Assembly (NCBI GenBank): GCA_964584335.1
Contig: CAZOZN010000002.1
Location: 206,513 to 270,512 of the forward strand
From: an uncultured archaeon
GTDB taxonomy: Archaea; Aenigmatarchaeota; Aenigmatarchaeia; PWEA01; JAGHBM01
Length of the DNA stretch: 64,000 nucleotides
Reading direction: 5' to 3'
Shown: piece after piece, positions 20,293 to 30,382 of the stretch
Numbering within the stretch: position 1 is the first letter of the stretch
Layout: every line of letters begins with the position of its first letter
The notes under the pieces: generated by a model
Seen by the model: only the letters and a program-made list of their open reading frames with translations
What the model was told of the DNA's origin: nothing
Database searches by the model: none
Made by a program: the position numbers and the translations under genes

Positions 20293-21189
20293 ATGGATAA
20301 AGAAGTTCTAGACAAATACAAAAAAGCCGGAAGGATAGACAAAGAATGCCTTGATATGGGCAGGAAATTGATAAAACCCGGGGTAAGTATAATGGATGTT
20401 ATAGAGAAAATAGAGAAAAATATAATTGATTCTGGAGCAGGATTTGCATTCCCTATAAATGTTTCAATAAATGACATGGCAGCTCATGATACAGCAGACA
20501 TAGAAGACAACAGAGTCTTCAAATCAGGAGACTTAATCAAGCTTGATATAGGGGTTCAAGTAGATGGTTATATAGCTGATTCAGCAATAACTATTTCTCT
20601 TGGTTCTGAAAAAGAAGAATTGATTAAAGTATCAGAAAATGCACTTAAAAATGCTCTAAAAATGATGAAACCAGGAGGTAAAGTATCTGAAATATCCGAA
20701 GTGATAGAAAACACAATAAGAAAGGAGGGTTTCAATCCTATAATAAATCTTTCAGGTCATCAACTAGAGCAATATGAGTTGCATGCTGGAATAAACTTTC
20801 CCAACGTTAAAACAGACTTGGATTATGTACTGAAAGAAAATGATGCCTTTGCTCTTGAACCTTTTGTAACAGATGGAAGTGGAAAAGTCGTAGAGACAGA
20901 GAAAACCTTGATTTATATGTTCTTGAATGACAGGCCATCTAGATTTCATGAAAGCAGGAAAGTCCTGGACTTGGCAGAAAACAAGTACAATACACTACCT
21001 TTTACAAAAAGATGGCTTGCAAGAGATTTGAATATCTCTCCCATAAAACTTAGGATGATACTAATTCAGCTCGAAAATATAAATTCTCTTTACGGCTATC
21101 CCGCTTTAAGAGAAATAAAAAATGGTCATGTGGCTCAATCAGAACACACGGTTATTGTAAAAGACAAACCCGTAATCACTACTGCTTAA
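20293..21189 (+). CDS. map: Methionine aminopeptidase type II
   Basis: [34 protein letters not shown]. Confidence 0.93.
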   Translation: MDKEVLDKYKKAGRIDKECLDMGRKLIKPGVSIMDVIEKIEKNIIDSGAGFAFPINVSINDMAAHDTADIEDNRVFKSGDLIKLDIGVQVDGYIADSAITISLGSEKEELIKVSENALKNALKMMKPGGKVSEISEVIENTIRKEGFNPIINLSGHQLEQYELHAGINFPNVKTDLDYVLKENDAFALEPFVTDGSGKVVETEKTLIYMFLNDRPSRFHESRKVLDLAENKYNTLPFTKRWLARDLNISPIKLRMILIQLENINSLYGYPALREIKNGHVAQSEHTVIVKDKPVITTA

Positions 21190-23486
21190 CCAACATAACT
21201 TATTTCCCTTCCTTCACTAAATCTCTTTTTCAAATCAACATCCCTGTAATATTTCTTCATTTCTTTTGAAAGAGATGGTTTTACTTCTTTTAGTGCTTCT
21301 TTGAAATGTTTCATTGATATTTTTTTGGAATTTATGTTTTCTCTTAGGGCATTAAGACCTGCTTCCCTGCATATTGCTTCTATATCAGCTCCACTGTATC
21401 CCTCTGTCTCCTTGGCCATCTTCTTAAGGTCAACATTTTCAAGAGACATTCCTTTTGTATGTACCTGGAAAATCTTTAGCCTGCTTTTTTCATCCGGTTC
21501 AGGTATTAACATCTGCTTGTCAAATCTTCCCGGTCTCAAAAGTGCAGGGTCTACTATGTCCGGCCTGTTTGTGGCTGCAATAACGACGACATCGTGAAGT
21601 TCTTCCAGTCCGCTCATCTCGCTCAACATCTGTGAAACAACACGCTCACCTACTCTGCTGTCGGAAGAGCTTATTCCTCTGCTTGGTGCCATTGCATCAA
21701 TCTCGTCAAAGAATATTATTGTCGGGGATACCTGTTTGGCTTTTCGGAATATTTCCCTCACCATCTTCTCTGACTCACCGACCCACTTGCTTAGCATTTC
21801 CGGGCCCTTGATTGATATAAAATTCGACTCGCTTTCATTTGCAACAGCTCTTGCTATAAGAGTCTTACCGCAGCCAGGGGGACCGTACAGCATTATTCCC
21901 TTGGGCGGTTTTATTCCTATATTTTTGAAAGAGTCTGGATACTTGAGTGGCCATTCGACTGATTCCTTAAGCCTTTCTTTAACATCTTTCAGCCCACCAA
22001 CATCATTCCAGTTTACCTTGGGAACCTCTATCATTACTTCTCTCATTGCAGAAGGCTGGACCATCTTCATTGCATAATCAAAATCTTTTTTAGTCACCTT
22101 TAGCCTGCTTATTAGTTCTTCCGGAAGTGGTTCATTTTCTTCAAGTCCTGACATTTCTGGTTGAACTCTTCTAAGTACATGCATAGCTGCTTCCTTGGCA
22201 AGAGCTTCCAGATCTGCCCCCACAAATCCGTATGTTTTTTCAGCAAGATTTTCTAGTTTTATTTCCTTTGACATAGGCATGTGCCTTGTATGTATTTCCA
22301 ATATCTCCTTTCTACCTTTTTTGGTCGGCACTCCCATTTCTATTTCTCTGTCAAACCTCCCGGGTCTTCTCAGGGCAGGATCTATGGCATTTACCCTGTT
22401 TGTTGCTGCTATCACTATAACTTTCCCCCTGCTTTTTAATCCATCCATCAAAGTCAAAAGCTGTGAAACAACTCTTCTCTCGACTTCTCCTGTAACCTCT
22501 CCTCTTTTGGGAGCTATCGCATCTATTTCATCTATGAATATTATTGCGGGAGAGTTTTGCTCCGCGTCTTCAAAAACCTTTCTAAGGTTCTGTTCGGACT
22601 GGCCGTAAAACTTGGACATTATTTCAGGACCTGCAAGTGAGATAAAATGCGCACCGGCCTCGTTTGCAACGGCCTTTGCCAAGAGAGTTTTTCCTGTTCC
22701 GGGCGGCCCATACATCAAAACTCCTTTCGGTGGGGCTATTCCTAGCCTATCAAATAACTCAGGATGCTTAAGCGGCAGCTCAATCATTTCCCTGACTTTT
22801 TTAATCTCGTCATGCAGTCCGCCAATATCTTCGTAAGTGACTGTAGGTATTCTAGTTTCCTCTATTTTTTCGACTGCGTGTTCCTTTAACACTATTTCAG
22901 TATTTTCACCTACTCTCACTATACCTTCTGGTGAAACTTTCGCTATAATTAGTTTTATTTCTGTACCGAAACTTCCAAATGAGCCAGGACCCATTGTGCC
23001 TATGTTTATACCAAACTGTTTGAATATATCTTCAAACGGGTCTGTTCTTCTTCTTTTGTTTATTACAGATGAAGGCACTATAACATCGCCCTTTGTGGCC
23101 GGTCTCATGATAAGTTTCTGCCTCAAAAGGTTTTCATTCATAAATATCTTCATGCCTTTTTGTGTCGGTGCGAGAACTATCTTTTTTGCTTCTTTTACAT
23201 CAGCTTTCCTTACCTTTACCATTTCGCTTATACCAGTCCCCGCATTTCTTCTGACAAGCCCGTCCATTCTTATTATATCAAGACCTATATCGTCGGGGTA
23301 AGGACCAACAACAATAGCGCCTGTCTTGTTTTTGCCCTCTATTTCTACAATATCACCGTCTCTAAGACCTAATTTTTTCATAGCTTTGGAATCCATCCTT
23401 GCTATTCCCTTGCCGTATTCCTCCCTGCTTGTAAGCTCACCAACTTTGAGTTTTAATACATCATCTTTATCTTTTTTGAAAACCAT
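21186..23486 (-). CDS. cdc48: CDC48/VCP family AAA+ ATPase
   Basis: N-domain plus two AAA modules ([26 protein letters not shown]). Confidence 0.96.
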   Translation of the reverse strand: MVFKKDKDDVLKLKVGELTSREEYGKGIARMDSKAMKKLGLRDGDIVEIEGKNKTGAIVVGPYPDDIGLDIIRMDGLVRRNAGTGISEMVKVRKADVKEAKKIVLAPTQKGMKIFMNENLLRQKLIMRPATKGDVIVPSSVINKRRRTDPFEDIFKQFGINIGTMGPGSFGSFGTEIKLIIAKVSPEGIVRVGENTEIVLKEHAVEKIEETRIPTVTYEDIGGLHDEIKKVREMIELPLKHPELFDRLGIAPPKGVLMYGPPGTGKTLLAKAVANEAGAHFISLAGPEIMSKFYGQSEQNLRKVFEDAEQNSPAIIFIDEIDAIAPKRGEVTGEVERRVVSQLLTLMDGLKSRGKVIVIAATNRVNAIDPALRRPGRFDREIEMGVPTKKGRKEILEIHTRHMPMSKEIKLENLAEKTYGFVGADLEALAKEAAMHVLRRVQPEMSGLEENEPLPEELISRLKVTKKDFDYAMKMVQPSAMREVMIEVPKVNWNDVGGLKDVKERLKESVEWPLKYPDSFKNIGIKPPKGIMLYGPPGCGKTLIARAVANESESNFISIKGPEMLSKWVGESEKMVREIFRKAKQVSPTIIFFDEIDAMAPSRGISSSDSRVGERVVSQMLSEMSGLEELHDVVVIAATNRPDIVDPALLRPGRFDKQMLIPEPDEKSRLKIFQVHTKGMSLENVDLKKMAKETEGYSGADIEAICREAGLNALRENINSKKISMKHFKEALKEVKPSLSKEMKKYYRDVDLKKRFSEGREISYVG

Positions 23487-23494
23487 GAAATCAC

Positions 23495-23857
23495 CTACTT
23501 TATTTTTATTTCTTTTGATTTTATTTTTTTATATTCTTCAGGTTCTAAAAGAACCTTGAAAAAATCATAATCTATTTTTTCCTCCCACTGTTTCATATAA
23601 TTCATTATTTTTTCCATTTCTTTTAGTGCAACTATGAATACAGAGTTATCTACCTTTATATGAGGAGTTTCTGTCAATAAACCCTCTCTTCTGTACCTGT
23701 ACTCGGATTTTTCATTCCTTATTGTTTGAGTCCATCCGTACAACCCTCTAAAAAATTTGTTTCTCTCGTAATTAGACTCAAACTTGTCCGAGTGAGTGTT
23801 GAAGCTTATTAGCACGGCCACTTTACCGTCCTTGCTTTCTTTTATTTTTATCTTCAT
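23495..23857 (-). CDS. Hypothetical protein, first gene of the cdc48 operon
   Basis: 120-aa ORF, 8-nt gap to cdc48 with GGTGA RBS; [18 protein letters not shown] motif. Confidence 0.8.
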   Translation of the reverse strand: MKIKIKESKDGKVAVLISFNTHSDKFESNYERNKFFRGLYGWTQTIRNEKSEYRYRREGLLTETPHIKVDNSVFIVALKEMEKIMNYMKQWEEKIDYDFFKVLLEPEEYKKIKSKEIKIK

Positions 23858-23865
23858 ACCAACAC

Positions 23866-23906
23866 TTTTAGTGTTTATTTAAACTAAAAAGTATATAAAA
23901 CTTTCG
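23866..23906 (-). promoter_or_regulatory. Promoter (BRE CGAAAG, TATA TTTTATATA) with downstream inverted-repeat operator
   Basis: Operator TTTTTAGTTTAAATAAACACTAAAA (minus strand) is 23/25 identical to the site upstream of hsp20. Confidence 0.7.
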
Positions 23907-23922
23907 GTTGAAGGGTACTTTT

Positions 23923-23956
23923 TTAAAAAAGAGAGGCAGGAGGCAGAACCTCCTGA
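23923..23956 (-). terminator. Hairpin plus T-tract
   Basis: Minus strand CAGGAGG-TTCTG-CCTCCTG then CCTCTCTTTTTT. Confidence 0.5.
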
Positions 23957-24007
23957 TAAACTAATCCAAAGCGTTTTTATTTCAGGTTGTAATTAGAAAT
24001 CTATTTT

Positions 24008-24043
24008 TTATTCGCTGTTTTTCTTCTTTTTTCTTGGAGCCAT
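24008..24043 (-). CDS. Putative 11-aa basic peptide MAPRKKKKNSE
   Basis: AGGAGGTG RBS, GCTTAAATACT promoter element at 24088-24098, downstream terminator. Confidence 0.35.
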   Translation of the reverse strand: MAPRKKKKNSE

Positions 24044-24128
24044 GAAGGACACACCTCCTATTTTTTACATTTCTAAATAATTTATTGAGTATTTAAGCCT
24101 ATCCAATGAAAGGCAAGGAAAATTCTTT

Positions 24129-24917
24129 TTACAAGAAGAAACTCAAGACAGACAAAATGCCTATTATAATGCAAAACCAACCGAATTCGATTTTTTCTGC
24201 AACTCTTATTAGTGTTTTTATAGTGGCAAGCCCGAAAATGAAAGAGAAAAATATCGCTATTATAGAATAAATGCTGATGTTAATTTCACCCAGAATACCC
24301 AGCCCGATTTCAGCAACAAGTATTGCTGGGATACTCATAAGAAAGCTCAATTTAAGTGCCTTTTCCGGTTTGTAATTTTCAAACAAAAGCACGGAAGTAG
24401 TTAATCCCGAACGACTTAAACCGGGCATTACAGAAAATCCCTGTACCAATCCCACTATAACAGAATCCCAAATACTTAGCTCTTTTTTGTTAGAGACAAA
24501 AATTTTACTGTATTTTTGTAATAATCCCGTTATCATTAAAAAAATTCCTATAATCAGCATACCAACCTTAAGTGATATTTCTATTTCGTTTATGCCGAAA
24601 ATAAGTATCGGTGCTCCTACAATACCAGTAAAAACCGTTGAAATAATTAGGAAAGTGGTAAGTCGGTTGTAATTTTTACTGTCCTTTATTTTGTACTCCG
24701 GTATGTTTTTGAGAATTCCTGCTATGTCTTTGCTGAAATAAACTATTGCGGCAAGTAAAGTTCCTGAATGCAGCCATATAGAAAGGAATATTGATTCAGA
24801 AAAAGTCTTACCAAAAAAATTCATTAACACCAATGATATTATTCCCTCGCTGCTTACTGGAAGCCATTCTAATATTCCTTGTAGCGTGCCTATTATAACA
24901 GGTTCAAAAAAACTCAT
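24129..24917 (-). CDS. uppP: Undecaprenyl-diphosphate phosphatase (BacA family)
   Basis: QGILEWLPVSSEG, PGLSRSG, SFLMSIPA. Confidence 0.9.
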   Translation of the reverse strand: MSFFEPVIIGTLQGILEWLPVSSEGIISLVLMNFFGKTFSESIFLSIWLHSGTLLAAIVYFSKDIAGILKNIPEYKIKDSKNYNRLTTFLIISTVFTGIVGAPILIFGINEIEISLKVGMLIIGIFLMITGLLQKYSKIFVSNKKELSIWDSVIVGLVQGFSVMPGLSRSGLTTSVLLFENYKPEKALKLSFLMSIPAILVAEIGLGILGEINISIYSIIAIFFSFIFGLATIKTLIRVAEKIEFGWFCIIIGILSVLSFFL

Positions 24918-24971
24918 AATATAATTTATTCAAGATATAAAATATACTTAAGCATTAGAATCAAATAAGAA

Positions 24972-25676
24972 ATGGGTGTTTGTGTGGAAATTAACAGGAA
25001 GTTGCCTTTTGACCAGAAAAATCTGGATGAGTTCTTTGGTGGTGGTATAGAATACAAATCTCTTACAAACATATACGGTCCACCCGGCTCTGGAAAGACT
25101 AATATAGCTTTATTATCCTGTGTTTCATGTATTAAAAAAGGAAAAAAGGTCATTTTCATAGATACCGAGGGAGGCTTTAGTGCTGAAAGGTTTTCACAGA
25201 TATCTGGGGATTTTGAAAAATTTTCCAAGAACATAATTTTAATTGAGCCAAAAACTTTTGACGAGCAAAACAAAGTGGTAAAGGATTTAGAAAAAAAATG
25301 CGACAATAAAATCGGATTGATAGTTCTGGATTCTCTTGTCAATCTTTACAGGCTTGTGCTTGATGATGAGAACTTCCAGAAAATAAACAGGATGCTTTCT
25401 TCCCAGCTGGCAAAACTTTCAAAAATATCCAGAGAAAAAGACTTGCCAGTTCTAATAACTAATCATATGTATTCAGGAAACAACGGCACACAGCCAGTTT
25501 CCCGTGATATAACAAAATACTGGTCCAAATGTCTTGTTGAGCTTATAAAATTAGATAAGGGAAAAAGGGTAGCAATATTAAAAAAACACAGATCGATGCC
25601 GGAAGGCAAGGAGATACATTTCAAAATAACAAACGAGGGAATTTCCCCCGCAGAGAAAAAATTTAAGCTGTTTTGA
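24972..25676 (+). CDS. radB: DNA repair and recombination protein RadB
   Basis: GPPGSGKT, IDTEGG, LKKHR motif, no N-terminal HhH domain. Confidence 0.9.
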   Translation: MGVCVEINRKLPFDQKNLDEFFGGGIEYKSLTNIYGPPGSGKTNIALLSCVSCIKKGKKVIFIDTEGGFSAERFSQISGDFEKFSKNIILIEPKTFDEQNKVVKDLEKKCDNKIGLIVLDSLVNLYRLVLDDENFQKINRMLSSQLAKLSKISREKDLPVLITNHMYSGNNGTQPVSRDITKYWSKCLVELIKLDKGKRVAILKKHRSMPEGKEIHFKITNEGISPAEKKFKLF

Positions 25677-25685
25677 TTTTTTTCT

Positions 25686-25817
25686 TCACTTAGGCATGTT
25701 TATATATTCTATTCCTTCTCTCTTTGCATTTTCATGCATCCTTCTCGAAACATCGAGAGTGAAAAGTATCTTTGAATATTCTTTTTCTTTTGATTCTAGA
25801 TATTCTTTATCCTCCAT
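25686..25817 (-). CDS. 43-aa hypothetical protein
   Basis: GGAGGT RBS; MEDKEYLESKEKEYSKILFTLDVSRRMHENAKREGIEYINMPK. Confidence 0.5.
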   Translation of the reverse strand: MEDKEYLESKEKEYSKILFTLDVSRRMHENAKREGIEYINMPK

Positions 25818-25949
25818 ATTAAAACCTCCGAAGGGAGAGAAATCGAGGTCGATTGAACCCGACCATAGTTATTCTTATATCAATAAAAGCATTTCTATAC
25901 ATCAGAACGATAATTTTAATTACTCAAGAAAACAATAATTAAATGTATT

Positions 25950-28037
25950 CTATTTTTTGTTCTTTTTGTATTTTTTCTTGCCCCAGTTAGCCTTGCTGGG
26001 ACATTTTGGGTCTATGCACATTGTGTATGGACGAAGACCTTTTCTTATGACTTTTATCATAGGCAGTCCACAATCCTTGCATTTTCCAGCTGATTCTATT
26101 TTCCCGTTTTGAGGCAATGGGAAAGAATTCCTGCAACCATCAGAGTAACCTTCGCAACCCACAAATCTCTTTTTTGTCTTTTTTGAAACTATTATCCTAA
26201 GGTTTTTACTGCATTTTGTACATTCTCCCAAAATGTATGAATTCCTTATTGTATTTGTTAGGGCTTCCTGTAACTCAGAGCCTATATTTTCCTCGTTTTT
26301 TTTGAATTCTTCCAGTATTTTACCTAGCGTTTCTACGGCATCTTTTATTACTTTTTCTCTTTTTCTTTTCCCCTTTGATACATCATCCATCTCTTTTTCG
26401 AATTTTTCTGTAAGCTTCTCTGATAGTATTTCTGGACAGTATTTTTCGAGTGTTTTTACCACAGCGAAACCCAGTTCTGTTACCTCTATCTTTTTTCCCT
26501 TAATATAACCTCTGTCATATAAAGTTTGTATTATGTTTGCTCTTGTTGCTTTTGTTCCAAGATTAAGTTTCTGAAGTTTTTTTACAAGAGAAGCTTGATT
26601 ATATCTGTTAGGCGGTTTCGTCTCTTTTTCTAGCAGTGATATTTTTATAACATCTAGCATGTCTCCTTTTTTTAGTTCAGGTAATATTTGTTCCTTATAT
26701 TTTACATATTTCTCGTAAAATTCAATCCAGTTTTTTTCTAATGTTCTCTTTCCCTTTGTTACAAATTCCTCTTCATTTATTTCGAATAAAATATCCATTG
26801 TCTGTCTTAAAGCGGAGTCCCCAAAAGTTGCCATAAACCTTCTTACAATTAAATCATATACCTTTGATTCGTACTTGTTCATGTTTTTCGGTTTTTCTCC
26901 TGTAGGGTATATGGAAGGATGTGCCGGATCTTTTTTCTTACCCTCGTTTGGTTTTAATTTTTTATTTTCTAAAAGTTTGTTTGAAAGTTCTTTGTATTCT
27001 TTTTGATTAGATAATTTTTTTAGTATGTTTTTGTATCCTATCCTTGCCGGAAGCTTCTGGCTTGATGTTCTGGGATAAGATATTAAAACAGAATCATATA
27101 GGCTTTGAGCGATATCAAGTGTCTGTTTGGGTGTTAGCCCGAATGCCGAATGAGCTTCTGTCTGAAGAGTGGTTAAATCAAAGGGTACTGGTGGTTTTTG
27201 TCTGTATTTTCTTTTGTTTACCTTTGATACAGTTGCTTTTTTCCCCTGAGTTTTTTCCTTTATTTCTTCTGCTTTTTTCTTTTCCCATATTTTACCTTCA
27301 ACATGATTTGCTATTATCTCTTCTTTACTTTCTGTCATTAAATTTGCTTCTAATTCCCAGTAGGGTTCTGAAACGAATTTTTTTATTTTTTCTTCTCTTT
27401 TTGCTACTATTTTTAAAGATGGTCCTTGAACTCTTCCAGTGCTCAAAACTTTGAAATAATTGGTCGCCTTTTTTATCGAAATACTCAATGCCCTTGACGT
27501 GTTTATACCATAAAGCCAGTCAAGTTTATGTCTTACTATACCGGCTTCTATTTGCGGGAAGTCGAGTTTTTCTGAGGCTTTATCGTAAGATTCACACAAT
27601 TCCGAGGCTGTTAGAGTTGAAAATTTCATTCTTTTTGCATCTTCTGTCTCGCATATGAATCTTAAAATATTATATCCTATCACGGAACCCTCCGAGTCGT
27701 AATCCGTAGCAACAATAAATTCATTTGCCTTCTTGCTAAGCTTCTCAAAATTTTTGAAGTAAGGTTTGGAGAACGCGGAATTTTTTGATTCAAAACTAGG
27801 CACCCACTCGGTCTCAAATATTGGATATTTCCAGTCTTTTTTCCCTTTTTGTTTTAGACCAAAAAGATGACCGACTGCAGGAACTACAAGAACTTCTTCC
27901 CCGTTTATAAATATTTCAAACCAAACTGCCTTACCGTTTCTTTCTTTCTTAACATCTTCCTCTGATAGTGCATATGCTATTTTTTCAGCAGCTTTTGGTT
28001 TTTCTGATATTATAAGTATTGTCAAAATAAACACCAA
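25950..28037 (-). CDS. topA: DNA topoisomerase type IA
   Basis: ISEKP TOPRIM, ATDYDSEG, GRVQ, ISYPRT catalytic Tyr, C-terminal Zn ribbons. Confidence 0.94.
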   Translation of the reverse strand: MVFILTILIISEKPKAAEKIAYALSEEDVKKERNGKAVWFEIFINGEEVLVVPAVGHLFGLKQKGKKDWKYPIFETEWVPSFESKNSAFSKPYFKNFEKLSKKANEFIVATDYDSEGSVIGYNILRFICETEDAKRMKFSTLTASELCESYDKASEKLDFPQIEAGIVRHKLDWLYGINTSRALSISIKKATNYFKVLSTGRVQGPSLKIVAKREEKIKKFVSEPYWELEANLMTESKEEIIANHVEGKIWEKKKAEEIKEKTQGKKATVSKVNKRKYRQKPPVPFDLTTLQTEAHSAFGLTPKQTLDIAQSLYDSVLISYPRTSSQKLPARIGYKNILKKLSNQKEYKELSNKLLENKKLKPNEGKKKDPAHPSIYPTGEKPKNMNKYESKVYDLIVRRFMATFGDSALRQTMDILFEINEEEFVTKGKRTLEKNWIEFYEKYVKYKEQILPELKKGDMLDVIKISLLEKETKPPNRYNQASLVKKLQKLNLGTKATRANIIQTLYDRGYIKGKKIEVTELGFAVVKTLEKYCPEILSEKLTEKFEKEMDDVSKGKRKREKVIKDAVETLGKILEEFKKNEENIGSELQEALTNTIRNSYILGECTKCSKNLRIIVSKKTKKRFVGCEGYSDGCRNSFPLPQNGKIESAGKCKDCGLPMIKVIRKGLRPYTMCIDPKCPSKANWGKKKYKKNKK

Positions 28038-28076
28038 TTATAATAGAAAAATTTGTATTAATTTAAAAGTTTCTAA

Positions 28077-29363
28077 TTAGAAGCTTATTTTTTTCTTTCC
28101 ATTCATATACGGTCTAAGAACCTTCGGTACTCTTATCGAACCGTCCTTGTTTTGGTATTGCTCTAATATGGCTATCATCGTTCTTGAGGTGGCCAGTGCC
28201 GTATTGTTGAGGGTATGCACGAAACCTTTTGGAGGTTGCCCTTCCTTTTCCCTGTATTTTATATTTAATCTCCTTGCCTGATAGTCCGTGCAGTTTGAAT
28301 TTGAGCCGACTTCCCTGAATTTTCCGTCCGCCATCCAGGCTTCCGTGTCATATTGTTTTGCCTGTTTTTTGCCTATATCACCGCTGCATATGTCAACAAC
28401 CCTGTAATACAAACCAAGCTCTTTGTAAAGTTCTTCAGAATTCCTCTGCAGTTCTTCAATATATATGTAAGACTCATCAGGAAGGCATATTAAAAATTGT
28501 TCTACCTTGTTGAACTGGTGCATCCTGAAAAGACCCTTTGCGTATTTCCCATGGGTCCCCACTTCTTTCCTGAAAGCAGGCGAGACACCAATCAGTTTTA
28601 TTGGAAGTTCATCCGTGTTTATTACCTTGTCGATAAACATTCCTCCAAGTGGGTATTCTGCCGTGGGTATCGGGTAAAGCTCCTCCCCTTCTATTTTGTA
28701 TCCCGCCTCTCCGAGTTCCGTGGGGTCTCCTATCATGGAATCATATGTCCTCTTGTTTACCATGTATGGAGGTTCAATTAAAGTAAAACCTTTTTTTATA
28801 AGAAAGTCTATTGCGAATCTTTGCAGAGCCAAGTCAAGCAATACCATATCATTTTTGAGGTAAGCGAATCCACTGCCGGATGCTCTTGCACCGGATTCAA
28901 AATCTATAAAATCTTTGGCTATCTCCAAGTGGCTCTTGGGTTTGAAACTGAAAATGGGTTTTTTGCCCCATTTTCTTATTTCCATGTTATCTTCTTCGTC
29001 CTTACCCGTGGGAACAGAATAATGAATAAGATTTGGTATTTTTAGAAGAAGTAAGTCACAATCTTCTCTCAATTTATCTATCTTTTCTTTGTTTTTCTTT
29101 ATCTTGTAAGGTATGTTTTTAACTTCTTTCATTTCCTTTGATGCTTTCTTATTCTCTGACCTTAGCCTTCCTATTTTTTTGCTTAATACGTTTCTTTTGT
29201 GCTGAAGTTTTTGGTTCTTAGACTTTAATTTTCTCCATTCTTCATCTTTTTTGAGAAGTTTATCGAGAAGCCTTATGTAATCTTTTTTACCCCTTTTCTT
29301 TAGGTTGTCTTTTACCATTTCAGTCTCGTTTCTGATAAGGTTTATATCTAACATTTTTATCAT
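28077..29363 (-). CDS. serS: Serine-tRNA ligase
   Basis: N-terminal coiled coil, PTAE, FRKE..GLFRMHQF, SNCTDYQARR, HTLNNT. Confidence 0.95.
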   Translation of the reverse strand: MIKMLDINLIRNETEMVKDNLKKRGKKDYIRLLDKLLKKDEEWRKLKSKNQKLQHKRNVLSKKIGRLRSENKKASKEMKEVKNIPYKIKKNKEKIDKLREDCDLLLLKIPNLIHYSVPTGKDEEDNMEIRKWGKKPIFSFKPKSHLEIAKDFIDFESGARASGSGFAYLKNDMVLLDLALQRFAIDFLIKKGFTLIEPPYMVNKRTYDSMIGDPTELGEAGYKIEGEELYPIPTAEYPLGGMFIDKVINTDELPIKLIGVSPAFRKEVGTHGKYAKGLFRMHQFNKVEQFLICLPDESYIYIEELQRNSEELYKELGLYYRVVDICSGDIGKKQAKQYDTEAWMADGKFREVGSNSNCTDYQARRLNIKYREKEGQPPKGFVHTLNNTALATSRTMIAILEQYQNKDGSIRVPKVLRPYMNGKKKISF

Positions 29364-30352
29364 CTAAATGTTTCTAACATGTCCTTATGTTTTTCAAAAT
29401 ATTTTCTTATTGGTTTTAGTATTTCGGTTAGTTCTTTTGCTAGACTCTTTTTTAAATCAAGTGGATGTAATTTACCTAACCCGAATTCTTTTTCTAATTC
29501 CTTGTAATTGTTGAATATTATATCTCCTCCGAATTTGCTTGGTCTTTCTATTTTTAATTTGCTTTTTCTTGGGAAAACTATGAATCTGATGTACTCAAGT
29601 ATCGGATTTTCTTTTGTCTGTCCTTGTGGACAGTAAGCATTTTTGATTCTTTTTTCTATTGTTTTTTCTGACGCAAAAAGTTCCAGTCTTGATTTTTTCT
29701 CGCTTGCTGACATTTTATTATTTCCGTCAAGACCAATTCCCAAAGGTGAGAAAACGCATACAGGTTTTTTATAGCCTATTTTTGGTAAGTATTCCCTGCT
29801 TAACATATAAACATGTCTTTGGTCTATTCCACCTGCTGCTACATCAACGTCAAGTCCTATACAATCAAGGCTCTGCATTAATGGATAAATTAGCTCTGAA
29901 ATTGTTGAATTTTTCATTCTGCACACTTCTCTGGCTGCTCTTTCGGCTCTTTTGGAAGTCACAAAACCGGAAATTCTCAGTATATCCATAAAATATTTTT
30001 TATCTGTTTGAAATTCTGAACCTTTTATGAATTCAGCTTCTTCTAGGCCGAATAAACTAAGGCATTTTTCATATATTTTGGCTCTTATGTCTAGTTCTTC
30101 CCATGGTGATTTTCTGTCGTCAAGGTATGCGTGCAAGTCAGCAATTAAAACTTTATGTTTAAACCCCGCTTTTATAAGCTCTATCTGTTTTGCAATTGAC
30201 CTGTAATAGCCTATATGTGGCGGACCAGTGGGCGCAATTCCGACATAACTTACAGGCCTCTTCTTTTTTTCAAGGGTGTTTTTTAGTTCTTCTTTTGTTA
30301 TTATTTCTTCTGTTCCGTTTGTTACCAATTCCATTCTATCTTCTACATCCAT
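29360..30352 (-). CDS. tyrS: Tyrosine-tRNA ligase (archaeal type)
   Basis: HIGY, ADLHA, YPLMQ..D, GGIDQR, KMSAS, LHPLDLK. Confidence 0.92.
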   Translation of the reverse strand: MDVEDRMELVTNGTEEIITKEELKNTLEKKKRPVSYVGIAPTGPPHIGYYRSIAKQIELIKAGFKHKVLIADLHAYLDDRKSPWEELDIRAKIYEKCLSLFGLEEAEFIKGSEFQTDKKYFMDILRISGFVTSKRAERAAREVCRMKNSTISELIYPLMQSLDCIGLDVDVAAGGIDQRHVYMLSREYLPKIGYKKPVCVFSPLGIGLDGNNKMSASEKKSRLELFASEKTIEKRIKNAYCPQGQTKENPILEYIRFIVFPRKSKLKIERPSKFGGDIIFNNYKELEKEFGLGKLHPLDLKKSLAKELTEILKPIRKYFEKHKDMLETFR

Positions 30353-30382
30353 TTTAACACCCTTATAAGATTAATTAAAATC

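Noticed and set aside
25845-25866. tRNA fragment or att site from GGGTTCAATC
   Set aside because: No acceptor stem or CCA, no match to tRNAs in the window, no integrase nearby
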